DNA of 64,000 nt, taken from NCBI GenBank assembly GCA_030390025.1, contig CM059432.1:91886001-91950000 (forward strand), in the 5' to 3' direction. The notes beneath the pieces are model-generated. The model was not told the DNA's origin, did no database searches, and saw only the letters and a program-made list of their open reading frames with translations. Origin of the DNA: Squalus acanthias. Lineage: Eukaryota. Numbering within the stretch: the first letter of the stretch is position 1; each line of letters begins with the position of its first letter. The translations under genes and the position numbers were made by a program. This document shows positions 13,003 to 27,120 of this stretch, piece by piece.

Positions 13003-13868
13003 AATATATTATGGCTATGAAACATGGGTGATTAATTTAATTAAATACTGATGCTGTGGAAGATAGGCTAATGGATACCATATCTGTAAAGTACATGTTA
13101 CAGAGCTGTGCACAGTTGACTTCTCATTATGCAGATGTATATTTTGAGCATAAAAGTATCGTATCTTAATTAAAAGTATTTCAGCTTTTTTAATGGATTA
13201 CTATAGATGTATGTGAGTTTTGATGAAATAAAAACTGAATTTTCTCATTAATCTATTTCATTATTTTGGGAAAAAAAATGAAATGCAACTATTTAGCTAT
13301 GGGAAATTTATATTACTGAATCGTAGTGAATTCAAATTTAGCAAGATTATTTTTTTCATTTACAGCTTGGTGCCAAACGTCCATAATCAAAAAATCATTG
13401 AGATGTATTTTTGAATCACAGTCAAAAATTTGTCAGAAATGCATTATTTTCTATTGTCTCTTTTTTGTGCTCTTCAAGATAAAGGATGTTAATACTGGGG
13501 AATTAAATACTTTTCCATTCCAGGTACCCAATATAAGCATGAGCCACTCCAAAAACAGCTTCTTGTACTTTGCCCAGCAACATGCCATTCCTATAGCCTC
13601 TCTGAGGAAAATGTTTGTTGGTTATGGCAGCTTTATCTTTAATCCTAATTCCCTACCCTTCTCCATAAATACGCATCTGCCTTTTAAACACTTCTATTAA
13701 TTCTACATATATGGCATTCCACATTCTCCTTTTTTTTCCCCTTCCATTTTCTTTTAACTGGTTTAGTTCTGATTTTTACATTGTCACCTTATTCTGGTTT
13801 CCCCTACTGGAGGGAAGAATCATTCCCTATCTGCCTCTGTCAATTCACTTCATTATTTTAAACACCTA

Positions 13869-14366
13869 GGGAGAGAAATTCGGTATTGCCCCGTTTGGGG
13901 CGCAATTATTGGCCGGGCGCAAAGTTTAGCGCCTGGCGCTAATTATCGCCTCCCACTGCAAACTTGGCTTCTATCACCCCTGGAGGTGATTGGAGCGCTA
14001 AATCAGGCGCTACACACCTCTCAAGGCGCTAATGCCGAGGAGCAAGGCGCTACCTCACGCTGGCGAAGCTCGTGATGTCAGTCAGCAATGGAACACAGAC
14101 ACACTGGCGCCGGCCAGTTCTTAAAGGGGAGGGCCGATCTTGCTCTCCATCCACACCCTGCTCATTGCAGCCTTGAATCTCGGCCTGGAGAGACCTGTAC
14201 ATCAAATCTGCTGGAAAGAACAATGGAGAGGCCCAGGGAAAGAGCTCCGAGTGCAGCCCCCATAATCTCTTCTAAATCGGTGCAAGGAAGGTCAAATAAA
14301 AATGAACCTGCAAAGTGCTGCTCAGTACTCAAAACTCCTTCATGCAGCGTTGAATTTCTCCAGAAG

Positions 14367-14404
<38 letters not shown>

Positions 14405-14762
14405 AATGCGTGGTGCAAAAATGTCGCCGACAAAAAAAGGCAGGAAGCGGTCGCCTTTAAATAGTGCTCCCCCAGTCCCTTCCCGACTGCAAAACGCTCC
14501 CCTCAACCTGTCGTTGCTAGCGGCAGGCAGTAAGGCAGGGGGCGCCACTCAATATCCGGTCCGGGCCGTTACACGCTCGACTGTCGTCACGATCTGCGGG
14601 CGCAGGAGATCGTGGCGGTAGTGTTTAGCACCGCCGCAAAATGTCTGGTCAACTTCGCGAGCGGCGCAAACATCGCCGCGCCCGGGTGCTCGTTGCTTTG
14701 TGCCTCATTAACGCCCTCTTATGGCGCTAACGGGAGGCGCAAAACAACTGAATTTTTCCCCC
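13869..14762. mobile_element. Non-autonomous PIF/Harbinger-type element (MITE-like) with an internal (CT)n tract
   Basis: TIRs GGGAGAGAAATTC / GAATTTTTCCCCC, 3-bp TSD CTA, GC-rich subterminal GGCGC repeats. Inserted in a decayed CR1 3' fragment. Confidence 0.8.
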
Positions 14763-15359
14763 CTAAACTCCTTAGCCTCCTTATCTCTGGGGGCATATTA
14801 CCCAAATTTATGCAGGCTCTTACCTGGAATTAAGGGACTTGCCTTTGATATCATCCTGATAACCACTAGACTTTCTTCAAGGCCAGTACAATTTTCCTAA
14901 GGTGAGGCAACTGAACACAGTACTTCAAATAAGGTCTAACTAGCACTCTCCATAAATTGCCAATTGAGTAACAAACTGTGAGGCAAGTCTTCTGCTTTAG
15001 GTCCATGTCATTTACCTAAGAACAGGGCTGCAACGGCCCAAACCTATTTCACATAGGATCCTTACATTTTATGCAAACATTTTAAATTTGATAGCAGCTC
15101 AAGAAAAGGGATGAAAAAATAAGATGTGCAGATGGGGAATTTGAGGTTCTTTGAGATGTACAAGTTGGAGCACTAGAGCGTAAACCATGTTCTTTATAAT
15201 TGGTATTTTGCGATGCAGTTGGGTAAACAGGACTCTGGTTGCCATACCATCAACACAGGAACACTTGGATTTGTCAATCTCCGCTCCAGAATGCCCTTAT
15301 TACATGGAAGCTAAAATGGTGGCTTACTGGGGCATTGTAAAGGGATTTATACTTAGCAC

Positions 15360-15542
15360 CAATGTTCCCTTTAAGCTGCGCGCGTGCACAGCTGCGCATC
15401 AATCTGGAAGGTACAGCGCAGGCTGCTCACAAGTTGTTCCCTCTAAGATACTGCGTGTGCGCAGCCTCGCAGCAAATTTAAAGGTACCACGCATTGAAAT
15501 AAACAGGCCATGCACAACAAAGAAAATTTAGAGGGAACATTG
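15360..15542. mobile_element. hAT-type MITE
   Basis: TIRs CAATGTTCCCTTTAA / TTAGAGGGAACATTG with 8-bp TSD CTTAGCAC/CCTAGCAC. Confidence 0.8.
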
Positions 15543-15717
15543 CCTAGCACCTCCCCTGAGAGTGCTTGAAGTTGATATTTGATGTAAAAACTGCAACAGC
15601 ATTGCATTCCTCAAAAGATTGTCCTTAATTATGAGAAAAATGGAAATCTACTGGGCTTCAAATATTTTTTGTTCATAAATACTTAATGTTTACCTTTTTT
15701 TGATATTTTATTTTCAG

Positions 15718-15831
15718 AGGTTTGTCCAGTAACATCAGATCTCGAACACCAACACCACCCAGTGGAACTAGGAATGTTGCTGCTACAGTCTCGGTGAACA
15801 AAAAGACTTACAATGCTGAGAATTATATAAG
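15718..15831 (+). CDS. ZC2HC1A: ZC2HC1A penultimate coding exon (114 nt, phase 2-2)
   Basis: Acceptor TTTTATTTTCAG and donor AG|GTAGTA. Encodes GLSSNIRSRTPTPPSGTRNVAATVSVNKKTYNAENYIR, resembling the human segment as recalled (NVKPRNSTPPSLARN..KRKTYTESYIAR). Splices in frame to the next exon. Confidence 0.88.
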
Positions 15832-16808
15832 GTAGTATAGTGTTTAATATACTGTAACTTGAAAGGGAGGAATCTGTTCTATTGAAGCTATTTTATTTGT
15901 TTTTATATCCAGAATAAAGTAGTGAGAATTCACCTTCAGCTGATGGTTTTTACTTGGATTCAATTTGAAGCTTGCAGTCTTTTTTTCATGAAATGGGTTT
16001 GTGAAATTTTGAATTTTTTGGAGGGTTGAAGAAAGAGAATAAAGTGTGTACCCTTTGTGTCTTTATAATTTGTATGCTTCAAAGAAATGCTATAATTTGT
16101 TATAGTTGAAAATTTCTGGGATTCTTTTCGTTTGTTGATTTTGAGATGTGGACAACTCTGGCAAGGCTGGCATTTATCGCCCATCCCAAGTTGCCCTGAG
16201 AAGGTGGTGGTGGTGGGCTTCATTGAACTGCTGCTGCCCTTGTGCTTATGGTACTCCCACAATGATTTTCAGCATTGGTATTAGGTAGGGAAATCCAAAA
16301 TTTGTACCCAACAACAATTAAGGAATGTTTAAGTCAGGATGGCATGTGGCTTGGAGGTGTCCTCATGATCTTGCTGCTCTTGTCAAGTATAACGATTCAA
16401 GAAGTGACATGAATCTATTTTGAAACTTGCACCTCAGATTTGAAAACATTTATAAGGGGAGGCACACTTTCCAAGTTCCTATGGAAAAAGTTGATATACA
16501 GCCATTACAGTGCATTTTAAATTCAGTGTGGGCAGAGAAAGGTGTATGGTGTTAGTGATGCTATAAACAGAAAGGAATACTGCTGAAGGCACTGAGGAAC
16601 TAAGTATTACCATTAATAGTGCATGATACTGAAATGTGATTATACCTATGGGGATTGTGAATGATTAAGGATGTAACCTTGCCTCAGATTCTTGAAAAAT
16701 ATATTGAAGTTAATATTGGCTGTTCTGAACTATTCTTGAAACATTGCTATTAGCTGAAGCTTGAAATCCTGCCATTTCATTAAGATAAATTACACTTTTC
16801 TTTTCCAG

Positions 16809-16998
16809 GAACAGTATGAAATCTGCTTCAGACACCAGGGATCATTCCCTGACTTTCAATGATGGGATCATGAAAGGCAATGTTAGAAGTTCAGCTGGTC
16901 AACAACTGCCGAGATTTTGTCATGAATGTGGAACCAAGTATCCTGTGGAGTGCGCAAAGTTCTGTTGTGAATGTGGAATGAGAAGGGTGACCCTTTGA
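16809..16998 (+). CDS. ZC2HC1A: ZC2HC1A (FAM164A) terminal coding exon with C-terminal zinc ribbon
   Basis: Acceptor CTTTTCTTTTCCAG. Encodes ..[32 protein letters not shown], matching the ZC2HC1A C-terminus [24 protein letters not shown]. Confidence 0.93.
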
Positions 16999-18418
16999 TC
17001 ATGTGGTATAAATATTTCCAAGCAAAATATGTTAATGCAATTTTCAAAGCTCATCAGACATGAGCATTGCACTGCTCAATACTACGTTAGCAGGTTTAAG
17101 CAGCAGTTGTATGAAAATTTACACAAAAAACTCAATGCATCTTGTTAAGAAAATTACCACTAAGTAATCTTGGAATTTTATGTTGTGCAATATAGCAAAC
17201 GTGAAATAGCAAGGAACACTAATTTTGTTACAAATCCTTCATTTCTGCATTGATTGTTTGAAAGTGGTAATCACATTATAGCAAAGTTCTTAGATTTTTT
17301 TTCCCGTTGATTGCAATGCACTAAAATTGCAGCGAATCAGACTGGTGCCTTCATCATTAATGTTATTTATAAGGTGGGAGAGGCAAAGCATTTAGGGAAT
17401 GCGTGTCCACTGTGTGTAATATAGAGAAAATTCCAATAGTAGCCAGGTAAAAACAAAATTCAGCAATTTCTTTTTTGTGTCTGGTGATTTAAATATTAAT
17501 GGAGTATAATGAAGAAATGTATCAGTTTAATTTGGAAAAACTTTCCCTAGCCTTTATGTTGTGGCTCAGCAGTGAGCTTTCATCCAAATATAATAGCAAA
17601 CCTGCCATTCATTGAGTACAAAATGAATTTGGTAACACAAATAGAAATATTATGTTGGGCAATGAATGATTTAAACTGAACGTACCAGAAGAGTAAATTG
17701 AGTTAAATGAACTTCCTCACAAATGAAGTTTGAAATCAGACAAATAATTCATCAAGGTCAAAGCATTAACTTTACCTCGTGTATCTATTCATTAATTTAA
17801 ATCTAGTGTACACACATGCCATTTTATCGTAGAGAATGATAAAAAATACTTGTGTGGCTACTGCAAATTATGCAAATACAAAATGACACGGGTTTGAAGT
17901 GTTTGCAGAAGATGCCATTATAAAGCCGATTATGTTGGTAAATGTCTACAGCTGGCCTTTTGGGTTGATACACTCTGCTAACTGACAAAATATTTGTTTA
18001 TCTAAACTACTGACTATTTCTCTAATAATCTGAAATAATTATGCATGTAGGTGGTATTATACTGTTAAAGGAAAGTACTTATTGCTAGTACTTTGCAGAT
18101 TATTTTGACAACGCAGGACTGTAATAGTTCACTTGGCCTCAAAAGACAAACTTTGCAGTTCACAGATGCAAGTTATACAATGCTGGAAAACTGACATATA
18201 TATGCTAGCTTATTGCTGTTGAATTACAATTCTTTTCTCTTGTAATCTTACCTGAAGCGTTGAAGTTATGCCTTAATGGTCTATTCGTACCCATGTGCTA
18301 CTGTGTTTATTTCACATGGGTTAAAGATGCTTCATGTGAATTATCTGGTGTTTCTAATGAGCAAAGTAAACCCAATAATGCATTAATATGTTCAAGCATT
18401 CAACTCTGGATTTTCTCA

Positions 18419-18424
18419 AATAAA
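18419..18424 (+). terminator. Candidate polyadenylation signal of ZC2HC1A
   Basis: AATAAA ending a ~1.4-kb repeat-free AT-rich stretch after the stop codon, followed by U-rich sequence. Confidence 0.5.
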
Positions 18425-18624
18425 GTAAAAGGTAAGACAATTTTTCTGAAACTCTTAAACTTTGTTGACTTTTCTCACATAGAAGGAAGCCAGTGTAGAT
18501 GTATCCTGTTCAGGATTTGCATGCTTATTCATTGATTTATTATCTCAATATCACGAGTGTTGCTCTCGAAATGAAGTGGTAGTTGTTATTTTCACATTTG
18601 TGTCAAGTAATTACTTAAGGTGCC

Positions 18625-19070
18625 AGCCTTGACCCAGTGGTAGCACTATCACTTCTGAATCAGAAGGTTGTGGGTTCACACATCACTCTGAAGACTTGAA
18701 CGTGTAATCTAGGCTGACATGTCAATGCAGCACTGAGGGAGTGCTGCACTATCAGAGGTGCCGTCTTTCACATGAGACATTAAATCAAGGACCTGTCTGC
18801 CCTCTTAGGTGAAATTTAAAGATCCCATGCCACTATTTGAAGAAGAGCAGGGGAGCTCGCCTGGTGCCTTGGCCAATATTTATCTCTCAACCAACATCAT
18901 TTATAAAAAAAAAAATTATCTGGTCATTTTCTCTCATTGCTGTTTTGTGGGATCTTGCTATATGTCATGTTTCCCTACATTGCAACGGTGACTACATTTG
19001 AAATGTGCTTCATTGGCTATGAGCACATCCTAAGATTGTAGAAGGTGCTATAGAAATATAAGTTCTTTCT
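18625..19070 (+). mobile_element. DeuSINE, full-length and diverged
   Basis: tRNA head, Deu-domain GTGCTGCACTATCAGAGGTGCCGTCTTTC and L2-type tail GGTGCTATAGAAATATAAGTTCTTTC. Confidence 0.85.
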
Positions 19071-19699
19071 ATCTTTAATGTGTTTGAGTGGGGAAGATTG
19101 TGAAAATAACTAAATAATATAACATGCTAAACACCAACACAGTTCTGTCAGTAAATGCATTAAATAATGGCCTGGAAATTGCAGAATGGAATAATAGTAT
19201 AAGAACGCTTAATGTATTTAAATGAAATTCCTTCCTCTATTTTAAATGGTTTAAGACCTTTTTGAAAAAAGCAGAGGAAAGAGTTTTATATATTCCTATG
19301 CTGGTATTACATGGGGTAATCTTAAGGCCCCTGTTAAGGAGGGGACAGAATTTGAGATAGGAAAAAATAAGCTGTTTACACAAAAATAACTTTGCAGTTT
19401 CTCAACTGTTAGGGGAAAATAAAAGCTCTGTGCAAACACTGAACGTTGAATATGTTTGAAAACAGTTGTAAATTGTTGCCAATGTTACTATCCGCTAATT
19501 GACATTGTGCTCTTTCCACCTTAAACTTGTAAATAGCACTACTTACATTTTTTTTTAAAGCAGAACAAAATGAGAATAGGTTTTTAATCCTTAAAGTACT
19601 GCTTTATCAGCTATTTTATCCATGTACCGGGAAGAGACCTGACCATAAAAGGATAAAGGAAATGGAGGGATCTTGGGACAAATCCCAGGAGGTGATAAT

Positions 19700-20220
19700 G
19701 GGCTGGGTATTAACACCCAAAAATGGGTGGGTTGGGGTCAGGTCAGAGGTTACCATTTTAAAAATCTGAAACCTTACCACAACCTGCCCACTTCTGGCTT
19801 CAACAGAGGCGGAGCAAGGGGCGGGCAGCCAACCTGTTCCCAGGAGGCAGGTTGCCGATTTAAAATTTTAATGAGGCACGCAGCCTCGGATTTAACCTGT
19901 TTTGCAGGTTTAACTGTGGCCTGCGGGGTTTCCCAGGCCTTGGGGAACCCAGCAGCTGAAGGGGGGCAAGGACAGCTGAAGGGGAGAATGTAAGTGCCTT
20001 TATAGCACTGCTTGTAAGCCAGGAGGAGCAGGAGTGCTTCCTCCTAGGGTCAGACACCCCCCCCCCCCCCCCCACCCCCAGGGTCATGGATTCTGTCAAA
20101 GAAATGTGTCACATGCTGTGTCGTCAAAACACCACAGCATGCAGGGCATCTCGGACTTCCGTGTTTCCCATCCGAAACTCTGCCCCACCTAGGTAACCCG
20201 CCCCTGTTAATATCCAGGCC
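19700..20220. mobile_element. Harbinger-type MITE with an internal poly(C) run
   Basis: TIRs GGGCTGGGTATTAACA / TGTTAATATCCAGGCC, flanked by AAT/CAT. Confidence 0.7.
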
Positions 20221-20423
20221 CATGAGTCTGTACAAGACACTGGGATGGCCACACCTGAAATACTGTGTACAGTTCTGGTTGCTGTACTACAGCAAGGATA
20301 TCTAGGAATTGGAGGCAGTTTAGAAAAGGGCAACCAAACTGCCCATCTTAACAACACATGAGTTAAAAGAAGAGTTGAAGCATCTGGGATTGTTTATTCT
20401 GGAGAAGAGAACATTCAGAGATA

Positions 20424-22120
20424 TTACATAGAATTACATAGAATATACAGCACAGAAACAGGCCATTCAGCCCAACCAGTCTGTGCTGGTGTTTATTCTC
20501 CACACTAGTCTCCTCCCATTCCATCTACCTCATCTTAGTCTTTCAGCATTTCTTTTTATTCCCTTTTCTCTCATGTACTCGTCTAGTTTTTGAAAGCACC
20601 TAAGCTATTTGCCTCAACCGTGGTAGCGAGCTCCACATTCTAACCACTCTGAGTAAAGAAATGTCTCCTTATTTCCCTATTGGATTCATTGGTAACTATC
20701 TTGTATTTTTGGCCCCTGGTTTTGGATTCTCCCACAAGTAGAAACATTCTCTCCACATCTACCCTGTCCAATCCATTCATAATTTTAATGACCTCCTGTC
20801 GGGTCACCTCTAAGTCTTCTCTTTTCTAAAGAAAAAAACCCGAAGCTGTTCAATCTTTCCCGATAGCTGTAATCTCAGGAACCATCCTTGTAAATCTTTT
20901 TTGCACTTTCTCCAGTGCTTCTATGTCCTTTTGTAGTATTGAGATCAGAACTGTGCACAGTAATCTTAAGTGCGGCCTGACCACAATACTACGCAAGTTT
21001 AACATAACTTCACTACTTTTGAATTCTATACCCCTAGAAATAAATCCCAGTGCTTTGTTAGCATTTTTTATTGCTTTGCTGACCTACAATGATGCTTTTA
21101 ATAATTTGTTCACCTAGATCCCTTTGCTCTTCTACCCCATTCAGTTTCTTATTTTCTAAGGTGTAGGTGATGTTTCTATTTTCCTACCAAAGTGCATCAC
21201 CTCACATTTATCTATGTTAAAGTTCATTTGTTACTTAACTGCCCATTCTGCAAGTTTTCTAATGTCTTCTTGTATTATGTTGCATTCTTCCTCAGTGTTA
21301 GCTATACCCCCCAGTTTGGTATCTGCAAATTTTGAAATTGGGTTACTTGTTCCCAAGTCCAAATCATTAATGTAAATTATGAATAACAGTGGTCCCAGTA
21401 CTGATCCTTGTGGAACACTGCTTTCTACCTTTCTTCAATCTGAAGAACTACCCTTTACCCCTACTCTCTGCTTTCTATTTTTTTAGCCAATTTGCTATCC
21501 ATTCAGCTATTTTTTGCCTAACTCCACATGCCCTAACATTTGTCATGAGCCTACTGTGTGGTACCTTGCCAAAAGCCTTTTGAAAATCCAAGTGCATGAC
21601 ATCTATTGCATTACCCTTGTCTACTCTTTCCGCTAACTCTTCCAATAATTCCATCAGGTTAGTTACGCATGATTTAACCTTTCAGAATCCATGCTGACTT
21701 TATTATTTTTTATCTCCAGATGCTGTACTATCACTTTTAGTATAGATTCTAGTATCTTTCCTGTCACTGACGTTAAGCTGACTGGTCCATAACTCCCAGG
21801 TTTCTAGCTCCCTTTTTGTTTATAGGAATAATATTAGCTGTCCGCCAGTCATCTGGCACTCTCCCCTCTTCGATGGAACTTTTATTTACATACGCACGCG
21901 CACACACACGGTTCCATGAGAATGTGGGTATATACCATCTGGATCTGGGGCTTTATCCTCTTTTGGTTTTGCTCATTTGTCAATTATTTTCCTCCTTTCT
22001 ATCCCAACTGTATTAATCTTTTTAAGCTCATCCTCTAATGAAGTGTCTATTTCATTATCTTCTTTAGTAAATATTGAGGCAAAGTAATTATTCAATACTT
22101 CTGCCATTTCTTTGTTATGA
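20424..22120 (-). mobile_element. Degraded CR1 LINE inside an older + CR1 fragment
   Basis: Remnants EMAEVLNNYFASIFTKED and DFQKAFGKVPH; tail ACATAGAATTACATAGAA. Confidence 0.8.
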
Positions 22121-23729
22121 TGTTCAAGATGCTTAAGGAATTCGATAAATTTAACCACAGTCAAATGTTTAAGATTGCCACAAACTGTAGAACCTGGTCC
22201 TACGTGCTCAAGCTTAGAAGAGGGAATATGCATGGACGGTTTAGGTTTAAATACTTTACACAGATGGGAGGCTGTAGAAGCAGATAGTGTGGAAATATTA
22301 AGGTTAAAGTGGGGGAAAAAAGTACGGTTGGATTAGTATTTGAGGGAGTGGCCAACTGACAGGTATTAGCTTCTGATACTAGTCAGTATTAGTTTTTGGT
22401 ACTGGCCAGAATAACTGCAGAATGTTTTCTGGTCCTGTACTTCCCTATGTAACCTGTTGGAATGTAAGTAAACTTTCAGATATAAATGACCAATGATCTC
22501 TAAATTTGAACAGTTTAACCATTTAAAACATTTAAGATTTAAAATACCTCCCATGCTTACATTTGAGAGAAATTTATATAGGGGAAATGTTTGTTTTGAA
22601 TGTGAGGTAACTTCCTTTGTTCTAGCATTTAGGTATAGTAACTTGTAAAAAGAGCTTGGTGCACATTTTTCTTCAAATGCATTGAGACCATTATGTTCTT
22701 TTAGTCTTAACACTTTCTCGAAACAAATATTTAAATTTGTTTTAACTCGAAAATGGTATAAATTAACAGTATGAAACTTGCAGAGTCAAAATATAACTGA
22801 ACAAAAATTTGAGTTCTAAGGTTTGAGTTTAAATTTGTTTGAGTGTAATAGCTGTGAGGACTGACTTTAATTATTCCTTTGAAGACCCCAGAGCCATTTC
22901 CGTCTCAAAATGGAAGTGATATGGATAAATCCAGGAATAGTTTGACTTCCTTAATGTGCTTTAGTCATTATGAATATTTTTTAAATCATTCATGTGAAAA
23001 GCTCATAATTTATTTTATTACTTGAAGTGTTAAGAATGTACACTATGTAGCTTCAGGGTAAATAAATAATGTATTGTTTTAAAATCTCTAGAATCTTTGC
23101 TAATTTACTGATCAAAAGTAGTCTAGTATTGCAACTCAAAGAAATATAAACTGTACTGTAACAGGTTATGAGTTATGTAATTAATATAATCATTGGCATA
23201 ACCTACAAATGGTGGGGGAGGAATGCAATGAATACTACTTCCCACATGTAGATGCCCTCAAACCTCATTTTAAGCTTGACTGGGATTTGTAGAAGTTAGG
23301 CCCATTTATTATCTTTATCAAATTAATTTTGTCACTAATGTAATTTTCCTGGAACTGTTTCCTCTTTCTTTAGTCTCATCTTTCATCAAAAATGTTTGTG
23401 TTTTCAGAACATAAGAATTAGGGGCAGGAGCAGGCCATACAGCCCCTCGAGCCTGCTCTGCCATTCAATAAGATCATGGCTGATCTTCGACCTCAACTCC
23501 ATTTTCCTGCCCTATCCCCATATCCCTTGATTCCTCTAGAGTCCAAAAATGTATATCTCAGCCTTTGAATATACTCAACAACCCAGCAGTAACCATGCTC
23601 CCCATGCTGGTTTGAAACCCTACTTTGTGCATCAGTTCCCTGAGCTACAAAACTATGTAACAAAGCAGTATTCTGCTCTATTTATATAAGCAGAATACTG
23701 CTTTCCAATATTAGTTTGGCGGGGTGGTG

Positions 23730-24550
23730 CAAATTGTTAATGCAGAACGAGGTAGGCCCGTACGATGGACAGATAGGTGGTAGATGCAGCTCGGTGTAGA
23801 AAATGTGAATATACATTTTGGAAGTAGAAATAGGGAAAGGAAATGCATAGTAAGATTTTAAGATGAATAGAAGAGCAAGGGGACCTTGGTATGCAGGTAC
23901 ACAGGTCATTAATAGTAGTAGCACAGTGAGATGGACTTTAAAAGGCGTATGGAATCCTTAGTTTTGTATATAGAGGCACGGAGTACAAAAATAAAGAGGT
24001 AATGTTCAGGTTGTACAAGACCGTAGGCTGCAGTTATGGAACAATTTTGGGCACTCCATTATAAGGGGTATAAAAGCAATGGAAAAGATGCAACATAGCT
24101 TCGCTAGGATGTAACCAGGGATGAGAGGTTACAATTATGAAGAAAGACTTAAGAAATTAAGGGATTTTTCACTACAGTTGAGAAGTTTAAGGGGTGATCT
24201 GATGGAGGTCTTCTAAAATTATGAAGGGTTATGATAAAGTAAGGAGCGATAGATTGCTTCCAGTTGTCAGCAAGGTGATCATGAAGGTGCAAATTCAGGA
24301 TAATCGCAAAAAAAACCGACAAAAAAATGATTTAAACAGTTGCGTAGAATTTAAAATTCTCTGTCACAAACCACTATTGAAGCATAGTCCATGAATTCTT
24401 TTAAAAGGGAATAGATTGTTACTTGAAAAAGGAGAACTATTAAAGGGTATGGGGAGAGAACAGGAGACTAGGTGACATATGAAGAAAAACACTGATGCAG
24501 ACTTGATGGGTAGAATAGCTTGTTTCTGTGCTGTAACATTCTATAATTCT
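23730..24550 (+). mobile_element. Highly degraded CR1 3' region
   Basis: GAGTACAAAA..GTTGTACAAGAC..GGGGTGATCTGATGGAGGTC and TTCTATAATTCT tail. Confidence 0.65.
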
Positions 24551-24719
24551 TTGACTAGTAAGTAATACATCAACTGCACATGCTCAGTGTACATTCAGAC
24601 ACTTGAGGCTACTCAATAATAATACAAGCTAGCAGATCAGGTATTACACAGGATAAAGCTCCTTCTGCCTTAGCCTCAGAAGAGCAGTCACTACTACATC
24701 AATGTGGCATTTTCCATTT

Positions 24720-26040
24720 CTGGCACTTTCTATCCTGTTTCTGCTTTCAATTCCCTCCACCGGAACTTACTTCCTCTCCTTTTTTCCCCCTGCTCTAACC
24801 CTAAATTTGCATATTTCTCTTCTGTCTCCCCTCTTGCCCTTTCAAAGCTCATCTTGTCAATGAGACCGACCTCCTGCGCTCTTGACCCTATTCCTACTAA
24901 ATTGCTGACAACTCAACTTTCCTTCCTGGCTCCCATGTTAGCAGATATTGTTAACGGTTCTCTCTCCTCCGGTATTGTCCCCCTTTCCTTCAAATCTGCT
25001 GTCATCACTCCTCTCCTCAAAAAAACAACCCTTGACCCCTCCGTCCTTGGTGTCCCCCAAGAATCTATGCTGGGCCCCCTCCTATTTCTCATCTACATGC
25101 TGCCCCTCGGTGACATCATCCGGCAAAATAACATGAGTTTTCACATGTTCGCTGATGATACCCTCCGCCGTCTCTATACTATCAGACTGCTTGTCCGACA
25201 TCCAGCACTGGATGAGTAGAAATTTCCTTCAATTAAATATCGGAAAGACCAAAGCCATTGTCTTCGGTTCACACCACAAACTCCATTCCCTTTCCACTGA
25301 TTCGAGATCTCTCCCCGGCTACTGTCTAAGGTTGACCAAGTCTGTTTGCAATCTTGGTGTCATATTTGATCACGAATTGAGCTTCCTACCTCTCATCCGT
25401 TCTATCACTAAGACTGCCCATTTCTACCTTCGTAATATCGCCCATCTCCGCACTTACCTCAACTTATCTGCTGCTGAAACCCTCATCCATGCCTTTATCA
25501 CTTCTAGACTTGACTATTCCAATGCACTCCTGGCCGGCCTCCCTAGTTCTACCCTCCATAAACTTGAGGCCATCCAAAACTCTACCGCCCGTGTGCTAAC
25601 TCGCACCAAGTCCCGCTCACCCATCTCCCCTGTGCTTGCTGACTTACATTGGCTCCCAGTTAAGCAACACCTCGATTTTAAAATGCTTTTTATCTCTAAT
25701 CTCCTCCAACCCTACAATCCCCCTAGACCTCTGCGCTCTGCCTATTCTGGCCTTTTGAACATCCCCAATTTTAACTGCTCCACCATTGGCTGTCATGCCT
25801 TCAGCTGCCTAGGTTCTAAGCTCTGGAATTCCCTCCCTAAACCTCTCCGCCTCTCCACTTCTCTTTCCTCCTTTAAGACGTTCCTTAAAACCTACCTCTT
25901 CGACCAAGCTTTTGGTCATCTGCCCTAACATGTCCTTATATGGCTGGGTGTCTTTTTTTTATATGACACTCCTGTGAAGCGCCTTGGGACGTTTTATTAC
26001 GTTAAAGGTGCTATATAAATGTATGTTGATGTTCTTGTTG
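24720..26040 (+). mobile_element. L2 LINE fragment with an internal deletion
   Basis: [20 protein letters not shown] joined directly to [10 protein letters not shown]; 257-aa ORF with FLQLNIGKT..FITSRLDYSNALL..LHWLPV; TATATAAAT tail. Confidence 0.9.
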
Positions 26041-26309
26041 ACTGCCTCACTTTGCAGCTATTTATAATTAAAGATTTTTCTGTGACAACCTTAACTATAT
26101 CTTTAGAGACTGAATTAATAATCTTATCACAAAACTTGAGGGATTCTTCATGATCAGTGCTACTGATTTAAGTTTTTTACGGAAAAAATTACAAGTAGAG
26201 AGGCCATTAAAATAAAACTTACCTGAAAATAATTATGTTTAAATTTAAAGAGTGGGGTGCTGAACTTATTTTGAAAGGGCTGGTGGAACAGAGTTGGGAA
26301 TGGCCAAAG

Positions 26310-27120
26310 CTGTCCGACATCCAGTACTGGATGAGCAGAAATTTCCTCCAATTAAATATTGGGAAGACCGAAGCCATTTTCTTTGGTCCCCGCCACAAAC
26401 TCCGTTCCCTAGCCACTGACTCCATCCTTCCCCCTAGTATCTGAGGCCGAACCAAACCATTTGCAACCTTGGTGTCATATTTGACCTTCAAATGAGCTTC
26501 CAACCACATATCCGCGCCATAACTAAGACCGCCTATTTCCACCTCCGTAACATCGCCCGACTCCGCCCCGCCTCAGCTCATCTGCTGCTGAAACCCTTAT
26601 CCATGTTCTACCCTACGTAAACTTGAGGTCATCCAAAACTCGGCTGACCGTGTCCTAACTCGCACCAAGTCCCGTTCACCCATCACCCCTGTGCGCGCTG
26701 ACCTACATTGGCTCCCGGTTAAGCAACGCCTCAATTTAAAAATTCTCATCCTTGTTTTCAAATCCCTCCATGGCATCGCCCCTCCCTATCTCTGTAATCT
26801 CCTCCAGCCCCACGACCCCCCGAGATATCTGCGCTCCTCTAATTCTGGCTTCTTGAGCATCCTTGATTTTAATAGCTCAACCATTAGTGGCCGTGCCTTC
26901 AGCTGCCTAGGCCCTTAGCTCTGGAATTCCCTCCCTAAACCTCTCCACCTCGCTACCTGTCTTTCCTCCTTTAAGATGCTCCTCAAAACCTACCTCTTTG
27001 AGCATCTGCCCTAATGTCTCCTTATGTGGCTCAGTGTCAGATTTTGTTTTGTAACACTTCTGTGAAGTGCCTTGGGACTTTTTACTACGTTAAAGGCACT
27101 ATATAAATACAAATTGTTGT
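26310..27120 (+). mobile_element. L2 LINE 3' fragment
   Basis: [38 protein letters not shown], and tail ACTATATAAATACAAATTGTTGT. Confidence 0.9.

Noticed and set aside
14088..14621. 177-aa ORF
   Set aside because: It lies within a GC-rich MITE and runs through a (CT)n microsatellite; no credible protein.
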